The notes under the pieces were generated by a model. That model searched no databases, was not told the origin of the DNA, and worked only from the letters and a program-made list of their open reading frames with translations. DNA of 64,000 bases. It comes from Octopus bimaculoides (Eukaryota). The stretch's first letter is position 1, and every line of letters starts with the position of its first letter. Shown in pieces: positions 37,313-51,383 of this stretch. The position numbers were made by a program, and so were the translations under genes. The stretch is from NCBI RefSeq assembly GCF_001194135.2, contig NC_068988.1, positions 94,469,057 to 94,533,056 on the forward strand, given 5' to 3'.

Positions 37313-38055
37313 NNNNNNNNNNNNNNNNNNNNNNNNNNNNNNNNNNNNNNNNNNNNNNNNNNNNNNNNNNNNNNNNNNNNNNNNNNNNNNNNNNNNNNNN
37401 NNNNNNNNNNNNNNNNNNNNNNNNNNNNNNNNNNNNNNNNNNNNNNNNNNNNNNNNNNNNNNNNNNNNNNNNNNNNNNNNNNNNNNNNNNNNNNNNNNNN
37501 NNNNNNNNNNNNNNNNNNNNNNNNNNNNNNNNNNNNNNNNNNNNNNNNNNNNNNNNNNNNNNNNNNNNNNNNNNNNNNNNNNNNNNNNNNNNNNNNNNNN
37601 NNNNNNNNNNNNNNNNNNNNNNNNNNNNNNNNNNNNNNNNNNNNNNNNNNNNNNNNNNNNNNNNNNNNNNNNNNNNNNNNNNNNNNNNNNNNNNNNNNNN
37701 NNNNNNNNNNNNNNNNNNNNNNNNNNNNNNNNNNNNNNNNNNNNNNNNNNNNNNNNNNNNNNNNNNNNNNNNNNNNNNNNNNNNNNNNNNNNNNNNNNNN
37801 NNNNNNNNNNNNNNNNNNNNNNNNNNNNNNNNNNNNNNNNNNNNNNNNNNNNNNNNNNNNNNNNNNNNNNNNNNNNNNNNNNNNNNNNNNNNNNNNNNNN
37901 NNNNNNNNNNNNNNNNNNNNNNNNNNNNNNNNNNNNNNNNNNNNNNNNNNNNNNNNNNNNNNNNNNNNNNNNNNNNNNNNNNNNNNNNNNNNNNNNNNNN
38001 NNNNNNNNNNNNNNNNNNNNNNNNNNNNNNNNNNNNNNNNNNNNNNNNNNNNNNN

Positions 38056-38088
<33 letters not shown>

Positions 38089-38804
38089 TTTAATGTGAGA
38101 AACAATTAAGTTCAACTTTGATCTCTTTTATTACGGATTTTTATATTTTATATAACGGTAAATCTTGTTAGATTTCATCATATATTGGTTTACATGTGGT
38201 TTATCTTTGTACTTCTGCTTATCGTCTGTATATACGTATGTATGTGTGTGTGTGTCTGCTTCTGTCTGTGTGTTTCTATGCGTGCCGTCTTATATATCAA
38301 ACTGTCTTACGGTCAGCGTTTATATATACATACATATTTATATCCATAAACACACTCAGACACACACGCATATATCCAATATATAAGCACATAAATATGT
38401 GTCTGTGCGCGCACGTGTGTGTCTGTCTGTGCGTTTGCGCGCGCATGTGTGTATGCGTGTATCTGTCCGTGTTCAAATGTATGCATTGTTTCTTCTCACT
38501 AGTTTTTGTTTGATAAACATATACATGCTTTCACGGAAATATACGCTAAAATAGTATATTATCCGAAAAAGAAGAGCTCAGTAAAAATATCCATAACAGA
38601 TACTGTTTATGTTGACAGGTGAAAAATGAGGACATTCCCCAAAAAATGCCTTCTGTATACAGAACGCTTAATGAACGGGCGGAAAATGTACCACTTTTAG
38701 TGACCAAAAAGTTACAAATTTGTTATAATTATAGCTGTAATATTTTACATTATAATGGAAACAAATCTAGAGTCCGCCAAAATTTTAAAATAAATGATCA
38801 CATG

Positions 38805-38838
<34 letters not shown>

Positions 38839-38851
38839 TTTTTCATTATTA

Positions 38852-38905
<54 letters not shown>

Positions 38906-38906
<1 letters not shown>

Positions 38907-38965
38907 TGAACCCAGAACGTAAAGACAAACGAAATACCGCTAAGTATTTCACCCGCTCGCCGCTT
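38906..38965 (-). mobile_element. SINE family A head fragment with A-box deletion
   Basis: GAACCCAGAACGTAAAGACAAACGAAATACCGCTAAGTATTTCACCCGCTCGCCGC. Confidence 0.75.
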
Positions 38966-39610
38966 TGATAATATGGATATTTTCATATAAAAGTACAAAA
39001 CTAGTTGTGCTGGGTTCACTTGTTAAGCAATTCATAGGAATTTGCAACTTTTCCATTTCGAAGTTTTAACTAGAGCACTTTACAATAACCATAAGGTGCA
39101 ACTGTCACTTTAACTCTTTCTACTTTAGTTGTCACTTTGAAAAATCTACTTATTTTACCTTAAAGTGATAATGAGCAAACTTGCTTTAATCAGTGCTACA
39201 GAAATGAAAAGTCTCCAATGAAATAGTATCCTTTCGAAAAGACTGTATTATGATAATTCACTTGTGGGGATTGAATTTAGGTAAGAAATTTCTCTCCAAC
39301 TTATCTGCAGCTTGGATCAATATTTCAGACGTATGATTCTCAGAGTTGATAAGAGAAATATCGGATAACTCATTTGTTCTTGGTCAGAGATATCTGCTCA
39401 CTACATGTTCTCACAGAGCTTAATTCAAGCTATTAGTGTCAAATGACTTTTCACTTCGATGTCATAACTGCTTTCTATCGTCTGCGCAGAACGCACTTAA
39501 CATATTTATATTTGTAGAACTCTAAATGCGAATATACATACACATGAATATACATACTCATGTACATAGATACATACATACAAACGTACTTACATATACA
39601 CATACATACA

Positions 39611-39665
<55 letters not shown>

Positions 39666-40122
39666 TGAGAGTGATATAAAGTTCCACCCACATACAAACA
39701 TATATCTATCTCACTAGCTATCTACATGTATATATACATACATTTTTATGTACATATATATATATAACCCTTTTTTTAAACCTAACAAAACTCTCAACTA
39801 TCATGCATCCTTATTTTTCCTACCAATTTATACATGAACTACTATTGAACTACAAAAGCTCAAAGACAATATAATGTATGGGTATATTTATTTTTTTTAT
39901 ATATTATTGTTTTATATATTATTTTCTTCATTTTGTACTTTTTTGTACTTCTTTGGAAAAAAAACATTTCCATTCTCCTTCTTCTTGCTAATTTGCTTCA
40001 ACGCAATGAAAACCGGTTAGAAAAGATCTTTATTAAATTATGCTCCCAGTTCAGCATTCTGGCTTTTTTCATTTTCCTATTATTTCTCCACGTGCGGTTA
40101 ACACAGCCCCACTATTTACTGA

Positions 40123-40161
<39 letters not shown>

Positions 40162-42412
40162 CTAGCTAGCTAGCTAACTCGCAAAGGCCCAGGCTACCCA
40201 AATCCTGCGATTCACCCTTCATACACCATCTTTCAGGCAGCCATACCTCACCTACGTTCATTCATTTTTGCTCCACCCCTTTCCTTACGAAATCTGCAAC
40301 AGGTTTGTATTTGTATCTGCTGCTCTTTTCCATGTTGATTAAAGCTGCTTGTTTCCGATAAAAGATTTTTACGCGCAGATATAAGTAAAAATTAACCAAT
40401 AAATTCTTGGCATCCCGGTAACTGGAGAAACAAGTAATTATTTTTCACCTGAGGACTATTTCGCCCTGTGAAATCCCTTGGAGAATGGTTCGGTCCGGAT
40501 GTCAAAGTGAACGTCAAACTAAATGAGGTAAGGCATGGAATGGATAATATTACTGGAAAAATTTAACCGAAATGCACCTATAACTGTATGACTAGAAGTG
40601 ACCATCATGTTAATATTACTTTTTAATCAATCCCAGTCAAGCATACCAAGGATCAAACAGATTCCACCTATAACCAGTTCATTTGTTTGTAAGGCATAGT
40701 GTAACTCGGACTACATTTATCACTGAGTCCCGTGTTTAAGAAGTTAGGTAATATTTAAGGGATGTCTGGCAATTCACTTGTAAATCATTTACACGTTGGT
40801 ACCGTGACACGACGACAAAGTTTTATCTCAAGTAATACTTGATAAAAGTAAGGTACCTGCTCTGTTGTTATCTCAAGATAGGGGATGCACCTCTGACCTG
40901 AACAGCCCTCTACTATTGCGCCCATTATGCAGGTTTAGACACACGTAAGTTGTTGATACAACTTATATGCATTAATAATTCAATGGCAACTTGGTATAGT
41001 GTACATTTGTAAAGAAGACATTTTTTTCAGTTCACTATTTGACAATCTGCAGTCTATGATAAAGGACAGACCGAAGATAAATGGGTTGCCTGGTTTATTG
41101 TCAGATGCTCACAGCGTTTCAGCAACTGGTTAGGGCATTCAAAGTTAAGATAATCACGGCTTTCAAAGAGGGTAAGTGGAAACAAGAACGACAATTCCTT
41201 GGTGTTACTTTGAGTATATAAGACATAACAAGCAGAAAATCATTCGGGGTTCATTTATATTATCTATCATTAAAACCTTTCCTCTCTCTTTTGTATGGCA
41301 GTTCTTTCGAGAGATGTTATCTGTTTTTGGCTCGGTACGCAGATCCAGCAGTTCGAATATCAAAACATGTCCAACATTCAGTATAAGAAATGAAACGGTT
41401 CTATATGCTCTCTTCCATCATCTTTTGGTTTGTGACCCTCTATTAGATAATTCTACATCCTATTGGAAGAATTCAGTCGTGCAGTAACTCTATATTTAAA
41501 AAAGAAACTTCAAGGAGCCTATGAGAGAGCTCTTACAAAATATAAACCAACACCGTCTCATATCACACTCGACCGGCTTTTAAAAGAGACAAAACTAAGA
41601 ATGCATTAGAAAATGTAGCCCCCACCTTACCATAAAAGAATGAGGTTATGGCAGGCATGCATTTGATGTTAGGTGTCTCCGGTTAGAGTTGACTCGGGGC
41701 TAAAAATACGAACAATGGTTTGGCTGGGCAGTAAACCCACCAGGCTTTAAAAAATTTCTTTGGTTCTCCTGATTTCTACATAACTAGGAATACTACATTG
41801 ACAATGAGAATTACCAATGGTCTTACGTAAACCCCCATCAGCAGTAATACATAGAGGATAATACGTCAAAATGCCGGGTTATTGATCACACGGTTTAACA
41901 AAGATTAGTCTTATCACAATTACTAATCTAACATCTTTATCATTTTCTAATTTTCTTTCTTTCTCTTTTATATATTATTTCTTCCTTTCTGTCTTTCTTT
42001 CCCTTAATGTTCGCTTACAACCCAAAACCTTAAATAGTTTTCATATCGTTTCGTTTATCCACATTTTAAGTTTTCAGTAACGAAAATACGATTGTCTTCA
42101 AAGAGAACGGGAACACACAGAGCAAAAATTACTACATTCTGTTATTTGTATGCACAAATTTAATTGGAAACATTCTATTCTTGCACAGAATTCGTATCTC
42201 TCTTGTCTTATGTTGTCACGGAATCTCACCTTAATCACAGACAACCATCGCCAAAGAACTTGACAGCTTGACGCCGGAGTGCTTTCATTCTGTCAGCTTC
42301 TATAAACACATTCTGGCACAGATTCAACAAGAACACAATGAACGTCTTAATTGCTAATGCTTAGAATAAAGCCATCTGTTCACTCTGATAATGAATATTG
42401 GAACTTATAACG

Positions 42413-42446
<34 letters not shown>

Positions 42447-43440
42447 TGTTACACACGCACACTTACACATATTCATATATGCACGCACACACACACAGGC
42501 AAATAGTCATATTTGCTAATGTACATATACATAAATATACGTTCATTTTTACACAGACGCACTTACACATACACACATATACGCAGGCACACATACACAA
42601 ACAAACAAACACACACACAAGCACATGTATATATAATTCATGTCGGCAGATCCAGTTGACTGTTACTCTGGGGTTAGTGTGCAGTCGGTTCATCACAGTA
42701 TAAACAGCTTATACTGCAGAATGCACATATCGCATACAAACTTAGATAAACTTAGATTTCGGTCAGTATTGGCCGAGCTGTGTCCAGTTTAATGACACCA
42801 CCTGTCTCTGTACATACGCACACACACACGCGCCAATATATGTACGTATATATGTACATACATGCATTTGCGTATGTGTGTGCATGTGAGTGTATGCGTG
42901 TGTGCGTGTATATGTGTATGTGTGTGTGCGCGCGCTGCGTATTCTTGTCCAAATAGATACGAAATCCAACACTTCCATGTAATACGCCTGGACAATCGTG
43001 GTATTTATATATATATATATATATATAATAGAGTTATTAATATTTCTAANNNNNNNNNNATGTGTGTGTGTGTGTATGTGTATGTATGTATGTATGTATG
43101 TATGTATGTCCATAACGACAATAGGAAAAGGCAGAAAGTAGAAAAAAAAAAGTTCAGAAAAGTTCAAAAGTTTCAAACGCCGTGGTGTATTGGAGCGATT
43201 TCTCATCAACGGAAGAGTTCGGTGTAATCCATGTGAAAACCAGGTGGAAGTCCGAAGTGTAGGAAAGTAAATAATCCAGCTAGAGTATTACGAAGTGGAG
43301 AAGGTGTAGAAAATCAAAGTGTATGAGGTAGAGACAGGATGAAACTGGTGCGATCACGTGAGCGTACCATATATAGTTGGAAATGTGTGTGTGTGTGCGT
43401 GTGTGCGTGTGTGTGTATGTGTGTGTGTATGTGTGTGTGT

Positions 43441-43501
<61 letters not shown>

Positions 43502-43819
43502 GTTGTCGGGATTGAAAATCTGCCCTTCATTTGGTCTTGAACATCCAGCATTGGGATCAGGTCTGGACGGTTATTTGTTATATGCTAACCCTTGAAAATT
43601 CACATTTTAAAAGAACTCCAAAAATTTGTGAATCTACAAGTTTTTCATTTAAACTAAATTTAAGTAATACTAAAAGTTTGTGAATTTAAAAAGAATATTT
43701 TCAATTCCTTTCATTTAAAACTAGACCCAAGTTAGTCTGAGAGGTTTTGTATCCGTGAGGTTTTGAAGTTCCGTGGAGGTTGTGAATTGAATCGCTCGGA
43801 AGGAAATATTGAAAAACTC

Positions 43820-44108
43820 GAACTTTTGGCCCAAATCGGTCTCATTCCAAACCAGACTTTCGCCCCAAAGCGAACTTTCGGCCCAAATCGGACTTTCGCC
43901 CCAAATCGGACTTTCGGCCCAAATCGAACTTCTGCTTAAATCGGACTTCCACCCAAATCGGACCTTCAGCCCAAATCGAACTTTCGGCCCAATTCGGTCT
44001 TTCGGTCCAAACCAGACTTTCGGCCCAAATCGGACTTCCACCCAAATTGGACTTTCAGCCAAATCGTGCTTTCGTCCTGATCGGACTTCCGGTCGGATTG
44101 GACTTTTG
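43820..44108. repeat. 18-bp minisatellite, consensus CGGACTTTCGGCCCAAAT, about 16 diverged units
   Basis: Units read by eye, a few 17 bp; gives the PKVRFG-repeat ORFs. Confidence 0.95.
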
Positions 44109-44110
44109 GT

Positions 44111-44315
44111 GGAGTCAGTTTATTCAGAGATTTGGACGCTGGAAGATTTGCAGCCCAGGTACTGGGTCTGAGTAATGGAGATCTCACTTTTCCAAATGGC
44201 TGCGACATTTTTGCCAAAAACTGTAGAAGAGTTGATTATCAAGGTTTACCCAAACATTGAACATAATTTTTAAGATCTTGATTGGCTTTGCGAAAGAGCC
44301 ATACTTGCACCAAAC
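44111..44315 (+). mobile_element. Helitron PIF1-like helicase pseudogene fragment
   Basis: GVSLFRDLDAGRFAAQVLGLSNGDLTFPNGCDIFAK (+1 frameshift at 44219) TVEELIIKVYPNIEHNF*DLDWLCERAILAPN; VYPNI...WLxERAILAPxN is the characteristic Helitron RepHel helicase segment. Confidence 0.85.
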
Positions 44316-46802
44316 TTTCCAGGTTGTCAATTAGAAACTTATGCAAACAATCTCTTTGACAATAACAAGGGGTATAATATAAGGCCGATCTTGGGTGACT
44401 AAATAAATGTTTTCTTTTCGGTTTGCTTTGGAACATATGTGAACGGGCTTTTTCTGCATTTGGCGTGAGCATTATAACACGTCCTTAGTATATTAAAAAA
44501 AGTAAAATTGTTTTTAAAAAAGAGAGAACAAAAACGATGTTAATGGAGAAAAAACAAAGGAAAAAGGAGAAAAAATATTATAAACTACGAGTAAAAACGT
44601 TCAAATGGTACTGCATAAGAGTGGGGCTCATGCAGCCATTTCACTTTTCATTTTTATATGACATTTTTCTCATTTTTCATTCGATTTATGTTTTTGTCCC
44701 CACTGTAGCGTTCTCTCTGTCCTTGTGCTGTCCCCTCTGTGTTTGGCCCTTATGGATGGAAATAAAAAATCATTATAACCCGTCCAACTAGAAACAACTA
44801 GAAACGGCAACGTACCAAATGTTGGTAGCGAAGGCTAAGAATTGATCACATCTAATTTAGTTTGGCCTCTCAACTTCAAGGAATTATTTTTATTGAAATA
44901 TACATGTAAGTAGAGTGGGAATAATTAAACATCCTGTAGAAACTTGTTCAAAGAACTGTTGTAATTAAACGATAGTCGAATCAACGAAATGTCAGTCTAA
45001 GAGACATTGCTGTAGTTATAATTGATTTATTAGGATTCTTTTCAGAACTTTTAAAATATCTATTTCCTCCTTAATTGTAACAACTTGTATACAACTTGTG
45101 TAAGCGTCCTTGTGTCTAATGACATCATAAAAATCTATATATCTATCTATCTATCCATNNNNNNNNNNNNNNNNNNNNNNNNNNNNNNNNNNNNNNNNNN
45201 NNNNNNNNNNNNNNNNNNNNNNNNNNNNNNNNNNNNNNNNNNNNNNNNNNNNNNNNNNNNNNNNNNNNNNNNNNNNNNNNNNNNNNNNNNNNNNNNNNNN
45301 NNNNNNNNNNNNNNNNNNNNNNNNNNNNNNNNNNNNNNNNNNNNNNNNNNNNNNNNNNNNNNNNNNNNNNNNNNNNNNNNNNNNNNNNNNNNNNNNNNNN
45401 NNNNNNNNNNNNNNNNNNNNNNNNNNNNNNNNNNNNNNNNNNNNNNNNNNNNNNNNNNNNNNNNNNNNNNNNNNNNNNNNNNNNNNNNNNNNNNNNNNNN
45501 NNNNNNNNNNNNNNNNNNNNNNNNNNNNNNNNNNNNNNNNNNNNNNNNNNNNNNNNNNNNNNNNNNNNNNNNNNNNNNNNNNNNNNNNNNNNNNNNNNNN
45601 NNNNNNNNNNNNNNNNNNNNNNNNNNNNNNNNNNNNNNNNNNNNNNNNNNNNNNNNNNNNNNNNNNNNNNNNNNNNNNNNNNNNNNNNNNNNNNNNNNNN
45701 NNNNNNNNNNNNNNNNNNNNNNNNNNNNNNNNNNNNNNNNNNNNNNNNNNNNNNNNNNNNNNNNNNNNNNNNNNNNNNNNNNNNNNNNNNNNNNNNNNNN
45801 NNNNNNNNNNNNNNNNNNNNNNNNNNNNNNNNNNNNNNNNNNNNNNNNNNNNNNNNNNNNNNNNNNNNNNNNNNNNNNNNNNNNNNNNNNNNNNNNNNNN
45901 NNNNNNNNNNNNNNNNNNNNNNATATATATATATTTATATATATATATTTATATATATATAATGTATACATACATATTTACATACCTACGCACATATAAA
46001 GTTTCATAAAGGAATGTAAATGTATCTGAAAGTATATACAGGCTGATGTGTTTGTATTAAACATAGTTTGCTAGTGTATGTATATGTATGTAGATATATA
46101 GTTTGCTGGTGTGTTTAAAACGTATGTAGATATGTAAGTCAGTAGGTAGCGCTATTTGATTATATTCGAATCTCCTCCCAAACCGCTCCTCATTGTTTCC
46201 AATCAAACTGATCACATTAACTTGTGTCTAGTAAGCTTAATTATTATGATGAATCATCAAGGAAGTGTTTTTATCGGCTCAGTTATTAAATGACACCATC
46301 TGGACGTTCTCCTATTCAAATTAAATTCGATACCTCAAAGAATTCTTAAAGAAATTATAAAGACGAATTCAAAGAGATTTTACCCCATTACTATAAGAGC
46401 ATTAAAATTAAAACATTTGATATCTTGCAAGAGATAAACAAAATATTTAAAAAAAAATTATCTTATATTTTGTATCTTAACTTTTAACAAAAATCACTAC
46501 TTATTATAAAAATATTTAGCTTCAAAAATAAAAAAAACAGTTTGTTGAATTTTTTTTTTTTTTTAACCGATATTTTCGTCTTGGCTTTGTTTTCGTTATT
46601 TTTTTCTGTTTACTTGTTTTTGATTATATATATTGCAATTTTCTCTTTCTTTGCGTATTTCTTCTCGACGAGATTAAATCTCAGCTATCACCTTATTGAT
46701 GTTTACATTTTAATGTGATTTCAGTTATCACTATTTCAAAGACTAGTTGAAATGTCTGCTCCAAATAAATTGATACTAATTTACATCATAAACCATCACC
46801 GA

Positions 46803-46830
46803 CAGGAAGTAAACGAGTTGCTATAGTAAC
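46803..46830. promoter_or_regulatory. Candidate RFX X-box next to an ETS site
   Basis: GTTGCTATAGTAAC (46817-46830) fits GTHNYY-AT-RRNAAC and is near-palindromic; CAGGAAGT at 46803-46810. Motif match only. Confidence 0.35.
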
Positions 46831-47623
46831 TAGTATTGTCACTGATAAACGCAGTCTTCTAAGATGGAGAGAAAGCTAAATAGCAAGAGACATCGGTTTG
46901 CACATCTTGATATATCTACAAGATAACAACATTTCCTTTTCAACAGATTTCAATATCGGATTCAGCGTGGTATAATCATATTTCCGCTGGGCAGTTTATC
47001 GACATTAACACTTGAAATCTAGCGGGACTTGTAAGCTAACTTTCTTTATGACAACCACTCAATAACAGAATAGTAACAATTTCATGGTAGAACAAGAAAA
47101 TCTCAGAGAAATGGATAAAAAAAAACTCAAAATAATAATAATAATCATAATAATAAAAATAATAATAGTAATAAATTTGCGCGTGTGTGCATTTTGAATA
47201 TATATATATNNNNNNNNNNNNNNNNNNNNNNNNNNNNNNNNNNNNNNNNNNNNNNNNNNNNNNNNNNNNNNNNNNNNNNNNNNNNNNNNNNNNNNNNNNN
47301 NNNNNNNNNNNNNNNNNNNNNNNNNNNNNNNNNNNNNNNNNNNNNNNNNNNNNNNNNNNNNNNNNNNNNNNNNNNNNNNNNNNNNNNNNNNNNNNNNNNN
47401 NNNNNNNNNNNNNNNNNNNNNNNNNNNNNNNNNNNNNNNNNNNNNNNNNNNNNNNNNNNNNNNNNNNNNNNNNNNNNNNNNNNNNNNNNNNNNNNNNNNN
47501 NNNNNNNNNNNNNNNNNNNNNNNNNNNNNNNNNNNNNNNNNNNNNNNNNNNNNNNNNNATATACATATATATATATATATACATATACAAATATACATAT
47601 ATATACGTACATATATATGTTTG

Positions 47624-47705
<82 letters not shown>

Positions 47706-48010
47706 AATATATATATATATTTACACGTTCATATAAGCATACATACATACAAACGCAGTGAGAAGGAAAGGGAGAGAGAGAAAGAGAGTGACAGATAGTG
47801 AGCGAGAGAATGCGATTGCTCTTTCAAGACGATTAGGCAATTAGATCAATAAGATGAAATCAAAGCCAACATATATTTACATACGTAAACGCTTATAGCC
47901 TTCCATACTTACACGCTTATTTAGATACACACTCATATATATACAGTGTATATATATATATATATATATATATNNNNNNNNNNNNNNNNNNNNNNNNNNN
48001 NNNNNNNNNN

Positions 48011-48054
<44 letters not shown>

Positions 48055-49738
48055 AATGGAGAAAGAAGGAGGAACGATGAAAGTGAGTTAGAGCGAATTA
48101 AACCTTTGCATTGGAATATGTGAACACACACACGTACACACGATATCGTTTATGTATATATGTATCTACACACACACATATAAAACTCACACGCATGGGC
48201 AAGTAAACATATACATACTTATATACATGCACATGCGTATGTATATATATATATACATATATATATATGCATATATATATACACATNNNNNNNNNNAGAT
48301 AAACTCACACATACATACATATAGATATATATATACACATTCACAACATTCATGCATATATATAGATAAACTCACACATACACACATACTGTAAAAAGCA
48401 AATACATAACTTTATATGTACAGACACATGATGCATCAACCTGAACACACACACACACACATACAAGTGTTTGTGTTTTATATTTTTACTTATACAGCGT
48501 CAATAAGACCTGACATTTTTCAAAATAGCTTTGTCGTGGTTTTTTTCCCACGAGTTTTTGGCTGTTGTGAAGAGGTTTATATAATGTGTTAAGGTCGATA
48601 TCAAAGGAGAACATCTCACTTTTGTATGTTATTCATAGTTGTAAAGTATGGATTTCGTGTTCATGTCCTCTTCACGTGCATGACACGATTGTCGTGTATT
48701 AAATCATTAATTTTCTCCACTGAGTTAATTACGCACTATATATATTTACTCACATACACACATATTGAATTGTTGTATGGTGTTATTGAACAGTAGTATT
48801 GAAACTATATTGGCGGCACAGCAAAGTCCGTCACTTTGGTTTAATCTGATAGAATGCCTCTTCGTTCCTTCTCTGTGGACAGAAAGCAATTGTATTAAAA
48901 TAGCCATCTGGTTTCAAACCTAGTTTGGTTCTCTTCTCAGGCAGAATCACGCTGGTTGTTGTCACAGAAAGAAATAAAACTAAGATATTTTACATTTAAG
49001 GATTTTGCTAAATTATTTAATTCAAGTATGTGAAATATTGTTTTATTTGGTGGTTTATTCAAATTAATTAAATAATTCATTAATAAATTAATTAATCACT
49101 AAAGCAAATTAGGCACGAAACCGTTTTCTTTCTCTGTTATACCTTTTGTACTTTGTAAGGTCAAGTGTTTACTCACAAAGCAAATACCCCAGTGTTTTGA
49201 CAAATGGAAACAAATAGCATTTTTGTTTCTGTCCACGGAAATAATAATATATACACCTGACCGGTTTCATATCTTATTTGATTGTCATTGAGAGGCGTGT
49301 TTCCTAAAATGGCAATTTGTCTTCCCTGAATTTAACGCAAGAGATAATCTTTGAGGTGTTATAGCTGAATTGTGTGGTACGATGTACTGGAATTGAATAT
49401 TGGTAATAATTATGGTGTTGAGATAAATGGGGCGGCGTACTGTATGGCAGGAGTGTATTTACAAGTGTATGGATTGTTGTGATTGTGAAATGAAGCTAAG
49501 GAGCTTCAAAGCAAATGTTCACTGAGGTATCTATGTTTTCTGGGATAGACCAGAGCGGTTGATAAATAAGAGTGTACAAAACAGTAGCTTCGCAGCAATG
49601 TGTTTCCTAAAGGTTAGTTGACCCTTTAAATGTAAAAGAATAAGGAATTTAGATTTCAGTAACGGTACTGCATAGTAAAACTTTGGGAATTGAGTGGATA
49701 AGATAAGTCAACAAATTTATCATTCATTTCCAGCAAAT

Positions 49739-49854
49739 TGGCAGAATCGTTAGAAGCTTTCGGTATTAAATCCGACTCTCTGCGTCCTATGTTCAAGTGT
49801 GCCGAAGTTGCCATAAGTTTTCATTCTTTCGGGGTCGATAAAATAAAATTCCAG
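49739..49854 (+). mobile_element. SINE family A, highly diverged
   Basis: TGGCAGAATCGTTAG head and TTTCATTCTTTCGGGGTCGATAAAATAA core. Confidence 0.7.
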
Positions 49855-51237
49855 AGAAAGGAGTTAGTATGCCGGAATTGTTATTATGTTAGACAATTTA
49901 CCTTGCGGTTCCGGTTTTGACGTTCTGTATTCATGATAACATTTCACGGAGTTCCCGCTGTTAGAAGCATTCAGTTATGGCCTCTAGTTTCAGAAATTCT
50001 CCTTTTCTTCCTCTACTCTCAGAAGTCATTCTTCTTATTTTATTATTTCTCATTACTTCTAATGTATTTATTTAGTACCATTGGCGATGCTTTTATATAT
50101 CGATTCACGAAAAGGACTCACCAAACACTTCTTACAACAAGCTTTTTCTGTCTTTTCATTTTTTTCATTAGTTCAAACTCAATAACTTCTAATCCAAACC
50201 ATACTAATTGTTTCGTATCAATCTCTACATAATTGAAAGGAATAAATAATGTCTGCAAAATACTCTTCACCCTTGTAGACTAGCACAAATGCCTATGATA
50301 ACATTTTAGCTATACATCAACAGGATATTAGAAATTATACTCTACCACACGCAGAATTCTGTGTTTTACAGTATTTCATTCTGTCTTCTCGTTCAGAAAC
50401 CAAATCTCTTCGGATTCAACTTATCCTTTCTTTTAGTCTAGAAATATTAAGTAGGAAACATGCTTTTAATGAGAATTTCTGCGACTCTACCTCCCTTCTC
50501 TGTACATATGAGGTTACTGTTCAGTCTTGTGTGAAACCAGATCGATTTATGATCTCATATTTTCACGCATTCTGTATCTAGGACCACATTGTGCAACTTG
50601 TTCTTTCTAAGGACGGTAAAGATTTGAGAGAAATTTGGCTCTTCTTTTTAGAATGTTGAATGGCCACAGAAAATTTATCCCATAGGATATATATTACCAT
50701 ATAATAGATTAAAATCTATTTTACATCGTTAAAGCTTCTTTATTAGAAGAAATACACTAGGTATCTGGTAGTATATTTTTAAGATACAATATTATTTAGT
50801 ATCTATCTTGTTATTTTACTCAGTTCAACTTATAAATTTTGCGAGTAAATTAATCAGTTGGAAAAGAAACATCACTGCATAGTTCTCACATCATCGCCCT
50901 GAAATTAAACTCTAAGTTCTAATTATCATTAAGTAACAGAAAATCGATTAATTATTTTGACCTAACTAACAAGCAATTCGATCAGTGATCAAAAAAACAA
51001 CAAATTATTAGAAACGATAGCAAAACGGACAGCATAACCTGCAGAAATAGTTACGGCTCTATAGGTTCAGAGTTCAAATCTTGCTGAAGTCAACTTTGAC
51101 TACTCAGCTTTCTAGATCGATAAAATTAAAGTTAAGTTCTGGAATCCTTCTTCACTAATTCATTGACCTGTACCTCTTTAATTAACCTCCACTATTGTCT
51201 TTTGGAATGAACGGACATATTGTCACATCGCGCCTAA

Positions 51238-51383
51238 TGTAACTTAGTTCGGCAAAAACAGATAGAATAAGCACCAGGCTTCAGAAAATTAAGTTCGTGC
51301 ATCGATTCATTCGACTAAGAATTCTTCAAGGCAGTGCACCAGCATGGCCGCAGTCTAATAACTGAAACAGTTGAAAGATGAAT
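51238..51383 (+). mobile_element. SINE family B tail fragment
   Basis: TGTAACTTAGTTCGGCAAAAACAGATAGAATAAG...CAGCATGGCCGCAGTCTAATAACTGAAAC. Confidence 0.8.

Noticed and set aside
43820-44108. CRISPR-like array
   Set aside because: Contiguous tandem units without unique spacers, in eukaryotic DNA with no cas genes.
43721-44217. PKVRFG / AESSIW repeat protein
   Set aside because: Open frames arise from an 18-bp DNA repeat, with occasional 17-bp units that break the frame; no gene context.
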